64,000 bases of DNA from positions 128,001-192,000 of the IMG/VR virus record IMGVR_UViG_3300011989_000257. The stretch is one strand, 5' to 3'. The DNA is from a virus (lineage: Duplodnaviria > Caudoviricetes). The position numbers and the translations under genes were made by a program. Position 1 is the first letter of the stretch, and the number at the start of each line of letters is the position of its first letter. A model generated the notes under the pieces. It saw only the letters and a list, made by a program, of their open reading frames with translations. It did no database searches and was not told the DNA's origin. Of the stretch, positions 20,938 to 30,659 are shown one piece after another.

Positions 20938-23900
20938 ATGAAAGAGATTACAACAGATGTTGTTAACACCTTCTTAACTGGCCATGACCCAATGGAACGA
21001 ATCATATCTATTGAATGTGCATGGGATGAAAATCAAGTCAGCATAATATATGTCGATGACAAAGGTGTTAAGAGAATCAAAAAAGATGATTTCAAACCAT
21101 TCATTTGGGTAAAACACAGTGCAGCTATAAGACTGTTTAACGGTAATAGGGCTGAACTGAGGAAACAATTGAGAATCTACGGAATCTCAATCAAGAAACT
21201 AATCACAGAGAATAATGACGGAACTGAACACGAAAGACTAGAAAGTGGCTATAAATACCTATTCTATGCCACTAGGAAAATGTCAAACCAAGTATTCCAA
21301 TCATTCTTCTCAAAAGCTGGAGTCCCTATTCACCCAAGACAGAAAAAAGGTGAACCACCAATCTCAAATAGAGAGTTCATGGGAGTCACACCAATAGAGC
21401 AATACATGATTGCTACTGGACGTAGGCTCTTTAAGGGTTATGATACATACAATGAACTCAATCGCTTTATATTCGACTTGGAAACACAAGGTCTAGACCC
21501 CAAAAGACACAGAATCGAACAGATTGGTATACGCACCAATAAAGGGTATGAAAAGATAATCGAAGTCGAAGGAAACACAAAGGAAGAACTAGAAGCAAGC
21601 GAGATTTCTGCAATAAGAGAATTCCTACAAATATTAGCCGAATTGAAACCAGATACAGTGGTAGGGCATAACTCTGAAAACTTCGACTGGAATTTTTTCA
21701 TTGTCCGTTGTGAACATTATGGTATAGACTTCTCACAGTTATCACTCGAATATTTCAAACACGCAATATATAAAAAGAAAAAAGAAGCAGTACTTAAACT
21801 TGGTGGAGAAGTAGAGTACTACTATCCAACAATTATGTGGGGACATAACGTTCTTGATTCACTTCATGCAGCACGTAGAGCGCAAGCAATAGATTCAAAC
21901 ATGAAGAAATCAAACTTGAAATATGTAACAAAATATCTTAATCTTAAAAAACCAAACAGAGTATATGTTCCAGGTGATAAGATTAGCGACACATGGAATG
22001 TTAAAGAAAAAACATATGGACTCTGTGAAGAGGATGGCGATTGGTATAAAGTAACTGATAAAAAACCTTTACTAAAAGGATATAACCTAGTAAGTGGTAG
22101 ATATATAGTCGAAAGATACCTTCTCGATGATATTTGGGAAACTGATAAGGTGGAAGATAAACTTAATGAGTCTAACTTCCTTGTCGGTAAAATGCTACCA
22201 ACAAACTTCTCAAGAACATGTACAATGGGTACAGCTGGTATTTGGAAACTTATCATGCTTGCATGGTGTTATGAAAATGACCTAGCTATTCCAGCGGCTG
22301 CACCAAATAAACGATTCACAGGAGGTCTTTCACGACTTCTTAAAACAGGCTATGTTGACCGTATCGTGAAGCTTGACTACAACTCACTTTACCCATCTGT
22401 AATCCTTACATGGCACATATCAACTCCTATTGATGTAATGAATGTCATGCTTTCATTCCTTGAATATATCTTGACACAACGTGAGAAATATAAGGGACTT
22501 AAAGCAGATGCAGGAGATAAAGTCGATTCACTTAAGGACAAACTTAAGACTGCCGAAGGTGATGAAAAGGCTGAAATCGAGGAACAAATCACATTCTGGA
22601 AGGCTGAGAAGAGTGGTAACGATAAGAAACAGTTGCCTCTTAAGATTCTTGCAAACTCATTCTTCGGTGGCTATGGTTCACCAAACGTATTCCCATTCGG
22701 AGATATTCTTGCAGCAGAGAAAACAACTTGTATTAGCAGAATGGCGTTGAGACTTATGATATCTCACTTTAAATCAATTGGTTACGAGCCAATTGTTGGT
22801 GACACGGATGGTTTCAACTTTCAAATGCCAAGAGAAGAGGACTTCAGATATACAAAGGAACATCCATATATTTCAAATGGAGCTGGTCGTAACTCAATTA
22901 AAGGTAAGGAATATACACGTGTCGATGCTGACGTAGCAGAATTCGAGGACATCTACCTATCACAAGCGTATAATGGCGGCATTAATAAGATGGGTCTTGG
23001 TATTGACGAATATTGCGATGCTTGTATCCAGTTCGCAAGAAAGAACTACGCCGACTTGATGCCAGATGGTAAAACCAAGAAAGTGGGTAATACCATCAAA
23101 TCTAGAAAAATGAGTGGATACCTTGAGAAATTCATCGATGAAGGAGTTGACCTCTTACTTAGAAATAATGGCTACAAGTTCCTATCCAATTATTATGACT
23201 ATGTTGAGAAAATATACAACTACCAAATTCCAATCAGAGACATAGCATCAAAAGGTAACATCAAGAAAACACTTGCTGAGTATGAAGCTGATTGTAAGAC
23301 ACTTACAAAGGCTGGTTCAAAGAAATCACGTCAAGCTTGGTATGAACTTGCACTTAAAGAAGGACTCACACCAAATGTAGGAGATACAGTATATTATATT
23401 AACACAGGAACGAAGAAAGGACATACAGACGTTAAACGTGTTACACATTATTATAATTACGTTGACGGAGAAAAAATTGAAATAACGAAGGAACTTGAAA
23501 AGGAATATAAACTATACACAAAGGAACTACCAAAGGGTACTAAAGATAAGAAAAATAGACTTGAGTTTGCTAGAGAAAAATATGGGGCAAAGGTGTTCGA
23601 TGAGGATGAAGTTATCCTTAACTGTAAACTAGTTCCTTCAAAAATACTTGATATGGAGGAAGATGTTCTTTGCAGTGATTATGAAGGACTTGAATATAAC
23701 GTTGAGAAATATATTGAACAGTTTAATAAAAGAATAACCCCGTTATTAGTGTGCTTCCATCCAGATATAAGGAACAAGATACTTGTAACCAATCCAAAAG
23801 AAAAGAAATTCTTCACAGAAGAAGAATCTAAACTTGTAAGCGGATATCCAAATAAGGAAGGAGACCAAGATACGTATGAGGCACTGATGACCCCAGAGAA

Positions 23901-24267
23901 GAAAGAAATCGAATATTGGCTCAAGATTAACGAAGTTCCACCATTCGTTAAGGAATGTGGAATCGATTGGGATGCCCTAGTTGAGAAGTACAAGAAAGAA
24001 AAGGAAGAAGAGAATAATGCTCTGTTCCAAGAGGAAAACCAGAAGTATCTCGATGCTCTTGAGGAAATCACCAATGATGAAGTTGAGGAATTCGAAGAGG
24101 AAGGTAAGCTGCCACAAGTACTTGAGACATTGGTAACACTTAACTCAGCAGATATGAGGCTGTATTTCAAGAAGATACCAAATCGTACACCTTCAACTGG
24201 TGGATTTGTTTTTGAAGATATACAGTATAACTACGCTGAAACTGTCGATGCACTTGCAGACTTCTAA
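20938..24267 (+). CDS. polB: DNA polymerase, family B
   Basis: Exonuclease motifs FDLET and GHNSENFD. Polymerase motifs DYNSLYPS, KILANSFFG and GDTDG. Host-type promoter at 20826-20860. Confidence 0.95.
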   Translation: MKEITTDVVNTFLTGHDPMERIISIECAWDENQVSIIYVDDKGVKRIKKDDFKPFIWVKHSAAIRLFNGNRAELRKQLRIYGISIKKLITENNDGTEHERLESGYKYLFYATRKMSNQVFQSFFSKAGVPIHPRQKKGEPPISNREFMGVTPIEQYMIATGRRLFKGYDTYNELNRFIFDLETQGLDPKRHRIEQIGIRTNKGYEKIIEVEGNTKEELEASEISAIREFLQILAELKPDTVVGHNSENFDWNFFIVRCEHYGIDFSQLSLEYFKHAIYKKKKEAVLKLGGEVEYYYPTIMWGHNVLDSLHAARRAQAIDSNMKKSNLKYVTKYLNLKKPNRVYVPGDKISDTWNVKEKTYGLCEEDGDWYKVTDKKPLLKGYNLVSGRYIVERYLLDDIWETDKVEDKLNESNFLVGKMLPTNFSRTCTMGTAGIWKLIMLAWCYENDLAIPAAAPNKRFTGGLSRLLKTGYVDRIVKLDYNSLYPSVILTWHISTPIDVMNVMLSFLEYILTQREKYKGLKADAGDKVDSLKDKLKTAEGDEKAEIEEQITFWKAEKSGNDKKQLPLKILANSFFGGYGSPNVFPFGDILAAEKTTCISRMALRLMISHFKSIGYEPIVGDTDGFNFQMPREEDFRYTKEHPYISNGAGRNSIKGKEYTRVDADVAEFEDIYLSQAYNGGINKMGLGIDEYCDACIQFARKNYADLMPDGKTKKVGNTIKSRKMSGYLEKFIDEGVDLLLRNNGYKFLSNYYDYVEKIYNYQIPIRDIASKGNIKKTLAEYEADCKTLTKAGSKKSRQAWYELALKEGLTPNVGDTVYYINTGTKKGHTDVKRVTHYYNYVDGEKIEITKELEKEYKLYTKELPKGTKDKKNRLEFAREKYGAKVFDEDEVILNCKLVPSKILDMEEDVLCSDYEGLEYNVEKYIEQFNKRITPLLVCFHPDIRNKILVTNPKEKKFFTEEESKLVSGYPNKEGDQDTYEALMTPEKKEIEYWLKINEVPPFVKECGIDWDALVEKYKKEKEEENNALFQEENQKYLDALEEITNDEVEEFEEEGKLPQVLETLVTLNSADMRLYFKKIPNRTPSTGGFVFEDIQYNYAETVDALADF

Positions 24268-24271
24268 GATT

Positions 24272-24310
24272 AAAAAAAAGAGGTAAGAAACCAATCTTAC
24301 CTCTTTTTTT
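24272..24310. terminator. Bidirectional intrinsic terminator
   Basis: A8-GAGGTAAGA-loop-TCTTACCTC-T7 between convergent genes. Confidence 0.85.
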
Positions 24311-24315
24311 AATTT

Positions 24316-26115
24316 TTATTTCTTACCGCCAAAATTCTTGGCAAAATTCGCTTTTTTAACCATTGCTGGAGAATAATTGTCCTTGTTCTTTAACACTTGA
24401 TTTGCAAAACCTTGAACAGATTTGCCATGCTTTGTTGCGGCAGCAGTAAACGTGCCTTTTTTTGATGGCTTTATCTCAATGTTACTTGATTCTCTCATTT
24501 CCTTTATGGCTCTTATTGCAGCCTCCTTTACAATTGTCTTCAATTCAGCCTCAGTAACTTTCACTGGTCTTTTTGATTCATTGTACTTATATGGGTCATA
24601 AGAAAAATCTACATCGCCCAATTCATCTGTATCTCTTTTGCCATTAATCCATTTGTTCATTAAGTTCTTACCACGTTCATTATCTCTATCAGTCCAATAA
24701 GCTGCATGGTCTCTTCTATCTTGGGCAGCATCCATTATGTCATGCTGTCTGTCAATCGGAGATTTGCCAACATTATTCATTCTATGGTATAAACCCCATG
24801 AATAATCATTCTCCATATCTTTATCGCCATCTACCCACTCATCATCATCCCAAGAGTTAGGGGGATTAAATGGATTGTCCAAATAATCACCATTTGCAGC
24901 AGAATCAGCCAATGCCAATTCCTCATCACTTGGTTCACTCTTATTCCATCTTCCACTGAAGTTGTCAACATCATAGTTTAATGGGGTTTCAGATAATATC
25001 CTAATTGCAGCTTCTTTAACAACTTGTTTAAGCTCTGCTTCAGATAACTTTATATGCCTACTTTCATTTTCAAACCCATTCTGAAAATCTTTATAATCTT
25101 CCTTCTGACTCCTCCTCTTATTCAAACTGTTCATAGCATTTTGATAAGGTTTAACATCACCTCTTAATATACCACGCAATGCAGCACGACCCATTTTATT
25201 TCTAACCTCTGGTGTGTCACCATATTCATTAATTGATTCGTTTCTCATTTCTCTATTTTCTAATACACGATTATTCTTAGGCCATAATACAATGCAAGTA
25301 TCATAACGACTAAATGGGTCACTAACGGTTCCAGCTGCCATACACTTAATGTAGCCATCAATATTCATACCGTCCTCAAACATTATCTTAATGGCATATT
25401 GCTTTGAACGTGGCATGTTATCATATGGGTCATAATCAGTATATCCACCGTCAGACTCCATACTGTCAGCGTTGCTTAAACTAGCACAAGGCTTCATCTC
25501 AACCTCACACCCCAATGACGATATTGCTCTATAATAATCGCTTATCGCTTGCCAATTCTCATCATGATATATCTTGGAATCAATACCATATTTCTTTACA
25601 ATCCTATATATCTGGTTAATTCTAGCCTTAATTGACTTGGGTTTCCTTCCCATGAACTTGTCAACCTCATCATGATTCGCTAGATTCTTTGGCATTGATT
25701 CATTAATCTTTGCCTTAAGCCTCTCCTTAAGTTCTTCCTTAAGCGTAAAGTTAACCAAATATAACTTCCTCTGCATGTCAGATAAGAAACTCTCACAATC
25801 ACTTGCCATGCCAACGTAAGTGTCACCCATATCTTTCACCTCTTTGTAAAAAGTATTGGTCTCATCCAATACATCTTGGACAAATGATTTCAAATCCTTA
25901 ATCTTATATTCAGTAGGCTTAAGAGAGTTAACCTTTAAGTTGCCAGTTATAGACTGCTCAACCTCAGATACAGTATCTTGAAACTCAGCAATGCTATCTG
26001 CAATGTCATCACATAACTCATGTTGGGACATATTCTTAGCATCCCAATGCAATTGCTTAATTGCAGTTTTATAACCCTCAAGCTTATTTACAAAATCTAG
26101 AACTTTTTTGTTCAT
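24316..26115 (-). CDS. Multidomain putative virion-internal protein with N-terminal ferritin-like domain
   Basis: N-terminal LHW...HELCD...FQD.VSE ferritin-like pattern. Repeated (L/V)(S/T)EAELK.(I/V)VKEAA motif. Basic C-terminal IEIKPSKKGTFT...KKANFAKN. Confidence 0.55.
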   Translation of the reverse strand: MNKKVLDFVNKLEGYKTAIKQLHWDAKNMSQHELCDDIADSIAEFQDTVSEVEQSITGNLKVNSLKPTEYKIKDLKSFVQDVLDETNTFYKEVKDMGDTYVGMASDCESFLSDMQRKLYLVNFTLKEELKERLKAKINESMPKNLANHDEVDKFMGRKPKSIKARINQIYRIVKKYGIDSKIYHDENWQAISDYYRAISSLGCEVEMKPCASLSNADSMESDGGYTDYDPYDNMPRSKQYAIKIMFEDGMNIDGYIKCMAAGTVSDPFSRYDTCIVLWPKNNRVLENREMRNESINEYGDTPEVRNKMGRAALRGILRGDVKPYQNAMNSLNKRRSQKEDYKDFQNGFENESRHIKLSEAELKQVVKEAAIRILSETPLNYDVDNFSGRWNKSEPSDEELALADSAANGDYLDNPFNPPNSWDDDEWVDGDKDMENDYSWGLYHRMNNVGKSPIDRQHDIMDAAQDRRDHAAYWTDRDNERGKNLMNKWINGKRDTDELGDVDFSYDPYKYNESKRPVKVTEAELKTIVKEAAIRAIKEMRESSNIEIKPSKKGTFTAAATKHGKSVQGFANQVLKNKDNYSPAMVKKANFAKNFGGKK

Positions 26116-26135
26116 ATTTCCCTTTATTTATTCCT

Positions 26136-26552
26136 TTATTTATCTGGTGCATAATCATCATATTCATCAATTGAAACACCTTCATCTGTTTCTTTCTTGC
26201 CGCTAATTCTCCTCTTCCTTCTCCTTTCAGCTCTCATGTCCTCAATATCTTCCTCAGCCTCAGCTTGCATTTTCTCACCCTCAACCCAAGAACGAGTCTT
26301 AAGTTTTCCATCGACGAATGCCTTTGGAACGCCAGATGATAAAATATACCCGCCTCCGCATAAAAGAAAAATACCAAGGTCAGTAAGATTGGTGTCAACC
26401 TTGCCATCATATGTAACATCATATATCAATACAAAACATATTACAAAACCTATGATAACACCCATAAGAGCAGATGCCAACAACGTTATGCTATTGACAC
26501 TCATGGACGATTTATCGTCAATTGATGCTTTTATGTTTTTTATTACTCCCAT
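26136..26552 (-). CDS. Two-TM membrane protein (holin-like)
   Basis: Two hydrophobic segments and a highly charged C-terminal tail. Confidence 0.5.
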   Translation of the reverse strand: MGVIKNIKASIDDKSSMSVNSITLLASALMGVIIGFVICFVLIYDVTYDGKVDTNLTDLGIFLLCGGGYILSSGVPKAFVDGKLKTRSWVEGEKMQAEAEEDIEDMRAERRRKRRISGKKETDEGVSIDEYDDYAPDK

Positions 26553-26589
26553 ATATGATATAAATAGTTTCTAAAATGGTAAAATTACC

Positions 26590-26862
26590 TTATAATTCCA
26601 TATTTCTATATTGTTGGTATGAAATACCTTTAGGCTTGTAATTCTTAACCCAATCAGCATATGTATGCAACTTGAAATCACTCCTTGGTGGCATATAATT
26701 CGCACGTGAAGCGTTGCCTGGATGCATCCTATCCATCTTGGTCTCCGCATCCCAAGGTGTCAACCCACCGTTACTCTGATTAATGCCATTGAAAAACTCC
26801 AATGCATCAACCTCTTCCCTAATAATCTCTCTAATTCTATCCTTGTTCATCATTCTCTTCAA
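26590..26862 (-). CDS. Hypothetical protein (IREIIREE motif)
   Basis: ORF coupled to the upstream gene. Confidence 0.6.
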   Translation of the reverse strand: MKRMMNKDRIREIIREEVDALEFFNGINQSNGGLTPWDAETKMDRMHPGNASRANYMPPRSDFKLHTYADWVKNYKPKGISYQQYRNMEL

Positions 26863-28075
26863 AATAATCTTCTCTTATATATTGTTTCTCATAATCAGTC
26901 AAGTCCCTTTGCATATAAGACATTAACTTATTATAATATTCTTCTTTCATTCTTCTTTCCTCGTCAGCATTAATATTCCAAGGAATATTCCATGTAAAAT
27001 TACTTAACAAATTGGTCAAAACACTACCATATGTCTTAGCCCTAGGAACATAGTTAACCCAATAATATGCGCCATATTCATCAATTAATTTTGCAAAATG
27101 CTTAGATTCATCACCCCTAACAAATTTATCCAACACTGGGTCATCCCAATATCCATTAGGATTCTTCACGAATATTAACCTCAAATATCTCTTAATTAAC
27201 TCTGGATTCAAATTCTTCACCACATAAAAATCCAATACCTTGCCACCATCAGTGTAATTCTTTAAAACCCTCATGGCCTTAACCAAAGGCATTTCATTCA
27301 ACTTGTTATACCAACCAATATATTCACCCCTTAAAGAATCTACAACCTCGTCACCATAACCATTCATGGCAACAGTATCATCATAAGGAGTGTCCTTGTA
27401 ACCAGTAAAGAGACTGTTTGGCTGAACTTCCTCCATTTCAGTGTCAGTCTTGGATAAATCATATATCACAGACCCATGTTTCGTGTTGTCATAATAATCA
27501 ACACCACTCACATTAACACCATTATAACCGTTCCATTCCATGAATACAGTGGAGAAACTCTGCATACCTTCATGCCTCTGAGCCATCCTAGTCAAATCAA
27601 AATAAGAAGGACATTTTAAACCTAAAGCTTCAGCATTCCTCTTTATAATCTGATAATTCTCAGCATTATTATAGTTGGCACTCTTTGGGTTATAATATCC
27701 TTGATAAGCAATCTTATTGTACATATTGTTAAGATTCCTCATCATTGTATATAATATGTCACCTTGCTTCTTGCTCCTAACCCTATATAAGTTCTTGTAT
27801 AAATCGAAATCAACACGGTATACATGGTCATGAATCTCAATGAAATTTGGGTTCTGATTTCTGCTCAAAACACCATATTCGTCAATGTCCTTTATGTCTC
27901 GATAAGTGGAAAAATAAGTCCCAGAACCAAAATGACCAGTCTCACGACCACCCATTTGACGCTTATTATCACTTAAGTAAGGCTCTCCGTTGTGGTTATT
28001 CCCAAAATGAAAGTTCCATTCAGATTCCTTCAACAACCCATATTGTTTAGGCGTTATATATACTTTTATATCCAT
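26837..28075 (-). CDS. ADP-ribosyltransferase-like protein
   Basis: NFHFG...GHFGSGTYFS and GYNGVNV...GSVIYD match the H-Y-x ART strand pattern. Late motifs at 28097 and 28108. Confidence 0.5.
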   Translation of the reverse strand: MDIKVYITPKQYGLLKESEWNFHFGNNHNGEPYLSDNKRQMGGRETGHFGSGTYFSTYRDIKDIDEYGVLSRNQNPNFIEIHDHVYRVDFDLYKNLYRVRSKKQGDILYTMMRNLNNMYNKIAYQGYYNPKSANYNNAENYQIIKRNAEALGLKCPSYFDLTRMAQRHEGMQSFSTVFMEWNGYNGVNVSGVDYYDNTKHGSVIYDLSKTDTEMEEVQPNSLFTGYKDTPYDDTVAMNGYGDEVVDSLRGEYIGWYNKLNEMPLVKAMRVLKNYTDGGKVLDFYVVKNLNPELIKRYLRLIFVKNPNGYWDDPVLDKFVRGDESKHFAKLIDEYGAYYWVNYVPRAKTYGSVLTNLLSNFTWNIPWNINADEERRMKEEYYNKLMSYMQRDLTDYEKQYIREDYFEENDEQG

Positions 28076-28194
28076 TACATCTTTTTCTTATTCTAATAAA
28101 TACCTCCTATAAATAGTTAATTATACTTAAAAACCTTGTATTTTCCACTTTTTTACTATATATTTGCACTAAAAATTAATAAAAAATAAAAATC

Positions 28195-28452
28195 ATGACT
28201 TTACTGTATATCATCGGCATAATATATTTCACTACAACACTTATAATGTCAATAATTGTCACAATTGAAAAAAATTGGGATGAAGAAGGCTCAGTGACTT
28301 TTGTGTTCACACCTTTGCTAAATACAATAGTTATTTGCATAGGTATTTTCTATGTGATTCCAACAGACATCATAAAAGAACATAAGGAAAAAATAATGAA
28401 AAAACACAAACATGATACAAGATGGAAAATAATGAACACAGTAATCAAATAA
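28195..28452 (+). CDS. Small membrane protein
   Basis: Two TM segments. First gene after the promoter at 28135-28168. Confidence 0.6.
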   Translation: MTLLYIIGIIYFTTTLIMSIIVTIEKNWDEEGSVTFVFTPLLNTIVICIGIFYVIPTDIIKEHKEKIMKKHKHDTRWKIMNTVIK

Positions 28453-28814
28453 AAACAATAGGAGAACTTAAAAAATACCTCGGCAAAGTGGTAGTATCAT
28501 ATTACTGCGATATAGATGGTGAAATAAGTTTTATGTGGATGTACAAACTTGTGAAAATAAAAAGCCAACTACAAGATGATTTGCCAATCAGACACATAAT
28601 TATGATGGGACTAAACCATATATGCCTAACAAATAATACACGCTATAGCATGTCAAACAAACCACCATTCCTAATGTACACAAGTGGAAGATTGTTTGAC
28701 ATGACGATACCAATGGTGTCTTCAGCACAAGAGTTCATGAGACCGCCAACAAAAGAAGAACTTAACATATACATTAAACTAACTAGAAAAAGAAGAATAT
28801 TAGGATATGATTAA
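28422..28814 (+). CDS. Hypothetical, paralog family P (1/4)
   Basis: IKTIGELKKYLGK...AQEFMRPPTKEE. Confidence 0.7.
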   Translation: MENNEHSNQIKTIGELKKYLGKVVVSYYCDIDGEISFMWMYKLVKIKSQLQDDLPIRHIIMMGLNHICLTNNTRYSMSNKPPFLMYTSGRLFDMTIPMVSSAQEFMRPPTKEELNIYIKLTRKRRILGYD

Positions 28815-29259
28815 AAAAATTTATACAATATTAGTACTACTCTTTAACCTCATAGTAAGACGTAAACACTATAAACTACACTTCGTAGCCGAAAATGACC
28901 CACCTATCAAACTCTGGTATTATGATTTTAAACACTGGGGATTTGATAAGCATAATCTCTTGATGATATCAGGAGCTGATAAACTGTGTGAAATGTATGC
29001 AAAAGGGAAGGATGAGGTGACTGTGGAAATAATCGCTTCAAAGAAAAAACTAAACCTTAATCCACAACTCTATGATGAATTCGTAGCTCAAGACATCATC
29101 ATAGACGGAATGACACACCAAGGAAAATTCATTGATTCACAACTAGATAAATTCCTATGCGGAAGAACATATCAAAAAGGCAATACCCAGATGTGGATTT
29201 GCCCAGTTACACTGTTCGTCCTAGGCAGATACCCTAAATATATCTATATCAAAAAATAA
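28807..29259 (+). CDS. Hypothetical protein
   Basis: Coupled ORF with motifs LLMISGADKLC and WICPVTLFVLGRYPKYIY. Confidence 0.7.
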   Translation: MIKKIYTILVLLFNLIVRRKHYKLHFVAENDPPIKLWYYDFKHWGFDKHNLLMISGADKLCEMYAKGKDEVTVEIIASKKKLNLNPQLYDEFVAQDIIIDGMTHQGKFIDSQLDKFLCGRTYQKGNTQMWICPVTLFVLGRYPKYIYIKK

Positions 29260-29262
29260 ATT

Positions 29263-29604
29263 ATGGAACAAAATAACTGCTTTGACTCAATTGAAGAACT
29301 AAATAAAAGAATAGGAAAATTCGTAATATTAGGGTGTGATGATGGCGGTCTCTATGCTAAACTGCTCACAAAAATAGAAATAACCAAAAACAATTCAAAA
29401 ATAGAAGGACATAAAATCTGGGGAAAATTCCTTGTCGGTATTTCTTCTAGTGGTAAAGTATCCGTTTATAATTTCTCACAAAACCAAGAAACATACGGAA
29501 TATACCAATATGCTAGAGACCCTACAGAAAAAGAAATTAAACTAATTAGAAAAAAATTAAGAGAAATCAAATTTAAAAATTTTTTAATAAAAAGTAAATT
29601 ATGA
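29263..29604 (+). CDS. Hypothetical, paralog family P (2/4)
   Basis: SIEELNKRIGK...ARDPTEKE. Confidence 0.7.
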   Translation: MEQNNCFDSIEELNKRIGKFVILGCDDGGLYAKLLTKIEITKNNSKIEGHKIWGKFLVGISSSGKVSVYNFSQNQETYGIYQYARDPTEKEIKLIRKKLREIKFKNFLIKSKL

Positions 29605-30005
29605 TTGACTATGAATTCGATAAACCAATAAACACAGTGGGAGAACTTAAAAAATATATAGGAAAACCATTGCTGTTCTATTATAACAATGGTAAAAATA
29701 AACCACAATACGCATGGATTAAACAACTTACTGAAATACCATATTATAATTATGATAATGATATGGGAATAAAAAAAATATCAACACAAGGACACAACTC
29801 AATGCAATATATACGAAATGGACAAATCAATATAGAATTCAAACATAACGATATATTCAAAACATCACACTCCAACGCACAAGACTATATAAGAACTCTC
29901 ACAAAAGAAGAGTTTAACCTATATAAAGATAAAACTAGAATGAGAAGATGGATGCCAGAACTAGCAGAAGAAATCAGAATAAAAAATAGTAAACTCCCAT
30001 TCTAA
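29601..30005 (+). CDS. Hypothetical, paralog family P (3/4)
   Basis: NTVGELKKYIGK...AQDYIRTLTKEE. Confidence 0.7.
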   Translation: MIDYEFDKPINTVGELKKYIGKPLLFYYNNGKNKPQYAWIKQLTEIPYYNYDNDMGIKKISTQGHNSMQYIRNGQINIEFKHNDIFKTSHSNAQDYIRTLTKEEFNLYKDKTRMRRWMPELAEEIRIKNSKLPF

Positions 30006-30018
30006 AAAAAAATAAATT

Positions 30019-30366
30019 ATGAATATTACAACAATTGAAGAACTCAAAAAACATATCGGAGAATTCTTGGTCTTTGAATCAAAAGGATTTTATCACTATC
30101 AATGGATTCAAAAACTACAACGAGTGGGAAAAAAAGTAGATTATATACCACTAGGAGAAACAGAAATCTATCACCTACCATGCTATAGCTTGTTCTCAGC
30201 AGAAATATACCCTAATCTAAAACCATATAGCGGAATACACCTAGGTGAAAGTGTATATGAACTCTATCATACAAACGCACAATGTATAATCAGAACGCCA
30301 ACAAAAGAAGAAATGAAAAAATATATGATGTTGTGGAGAAAAATTATAATACTAGGTCGATATTGA
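30019..30366 (+). CDS. Hypothetical, paralog family P (4/4)
   Basis: TTIEELKKHIGE...AQCIIRTPTKEE. Confidence 0.7.
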   Translation: MNITTIEELKKHIGEFLVFESKGFYHYQWIQKLQRVGKKVDYIPLGETEIYHLPCYSLFSAEIYPNLKPYSGIHLGESVYELYHTNAQCIIRTPTKEEMKKYMMLWRKIIILGRY

Positions 30367-30569
30367 AAAATTCAAGAAATTTTTTTTCCAGAATTTTTTT
30401 TCAAATACATCAATGAGAAAAATTGGGGGCCACCCCCTTCTGAAATTTATTGAAAATTTTTCCAGAATTTTATTTAGCAAACTGTTCGTGTGTTAAAAGG
30501 TGTTAAAATCCCCCAAGGGGATGGAGGGGACATAACCCACCCACCTACCTGCCACCCATATCCCCATAA

Positions 30570-30585
30570 TGTTTCACGTGAAACG
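30570..30585. promoter_or_regulatory. parS-like site
   Basis: TGTTTCACGTGAAACG, a 15/16 match to the bacterial parS consensus TGTTTCACGTGAAACA. Confidence 0.65.
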
Positions 30586-30659
30586 TGTGTAAATATTTTT
30601 TACCATATAAAATGTAAAAAAAGTGGAGAATTAATCCCCACTTCTTTGTAAAGATTTTT

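Larger units (their letters stand above)
151..28116 (-). promoter_or_regulatory. Putative late-promoter motif (coding strand TATTTAT), 12 copies
   Basis: ATAAATA on + at about 151, 4849, 5680, 10684, 12593, 13555, 14415, 18657, 20785, 26559, 28097 and 28108, each shortly upstream of a minus-strand structural gene that lacks a host promoter. Confidence 0.6.

Noticed and set aside
20938-24267. Intein or intron in the DNA polymerase
   Set aside because: Continuous ORF with normally ordered motifs; no intein splice motifs or LAGLIDADG blocks seen.
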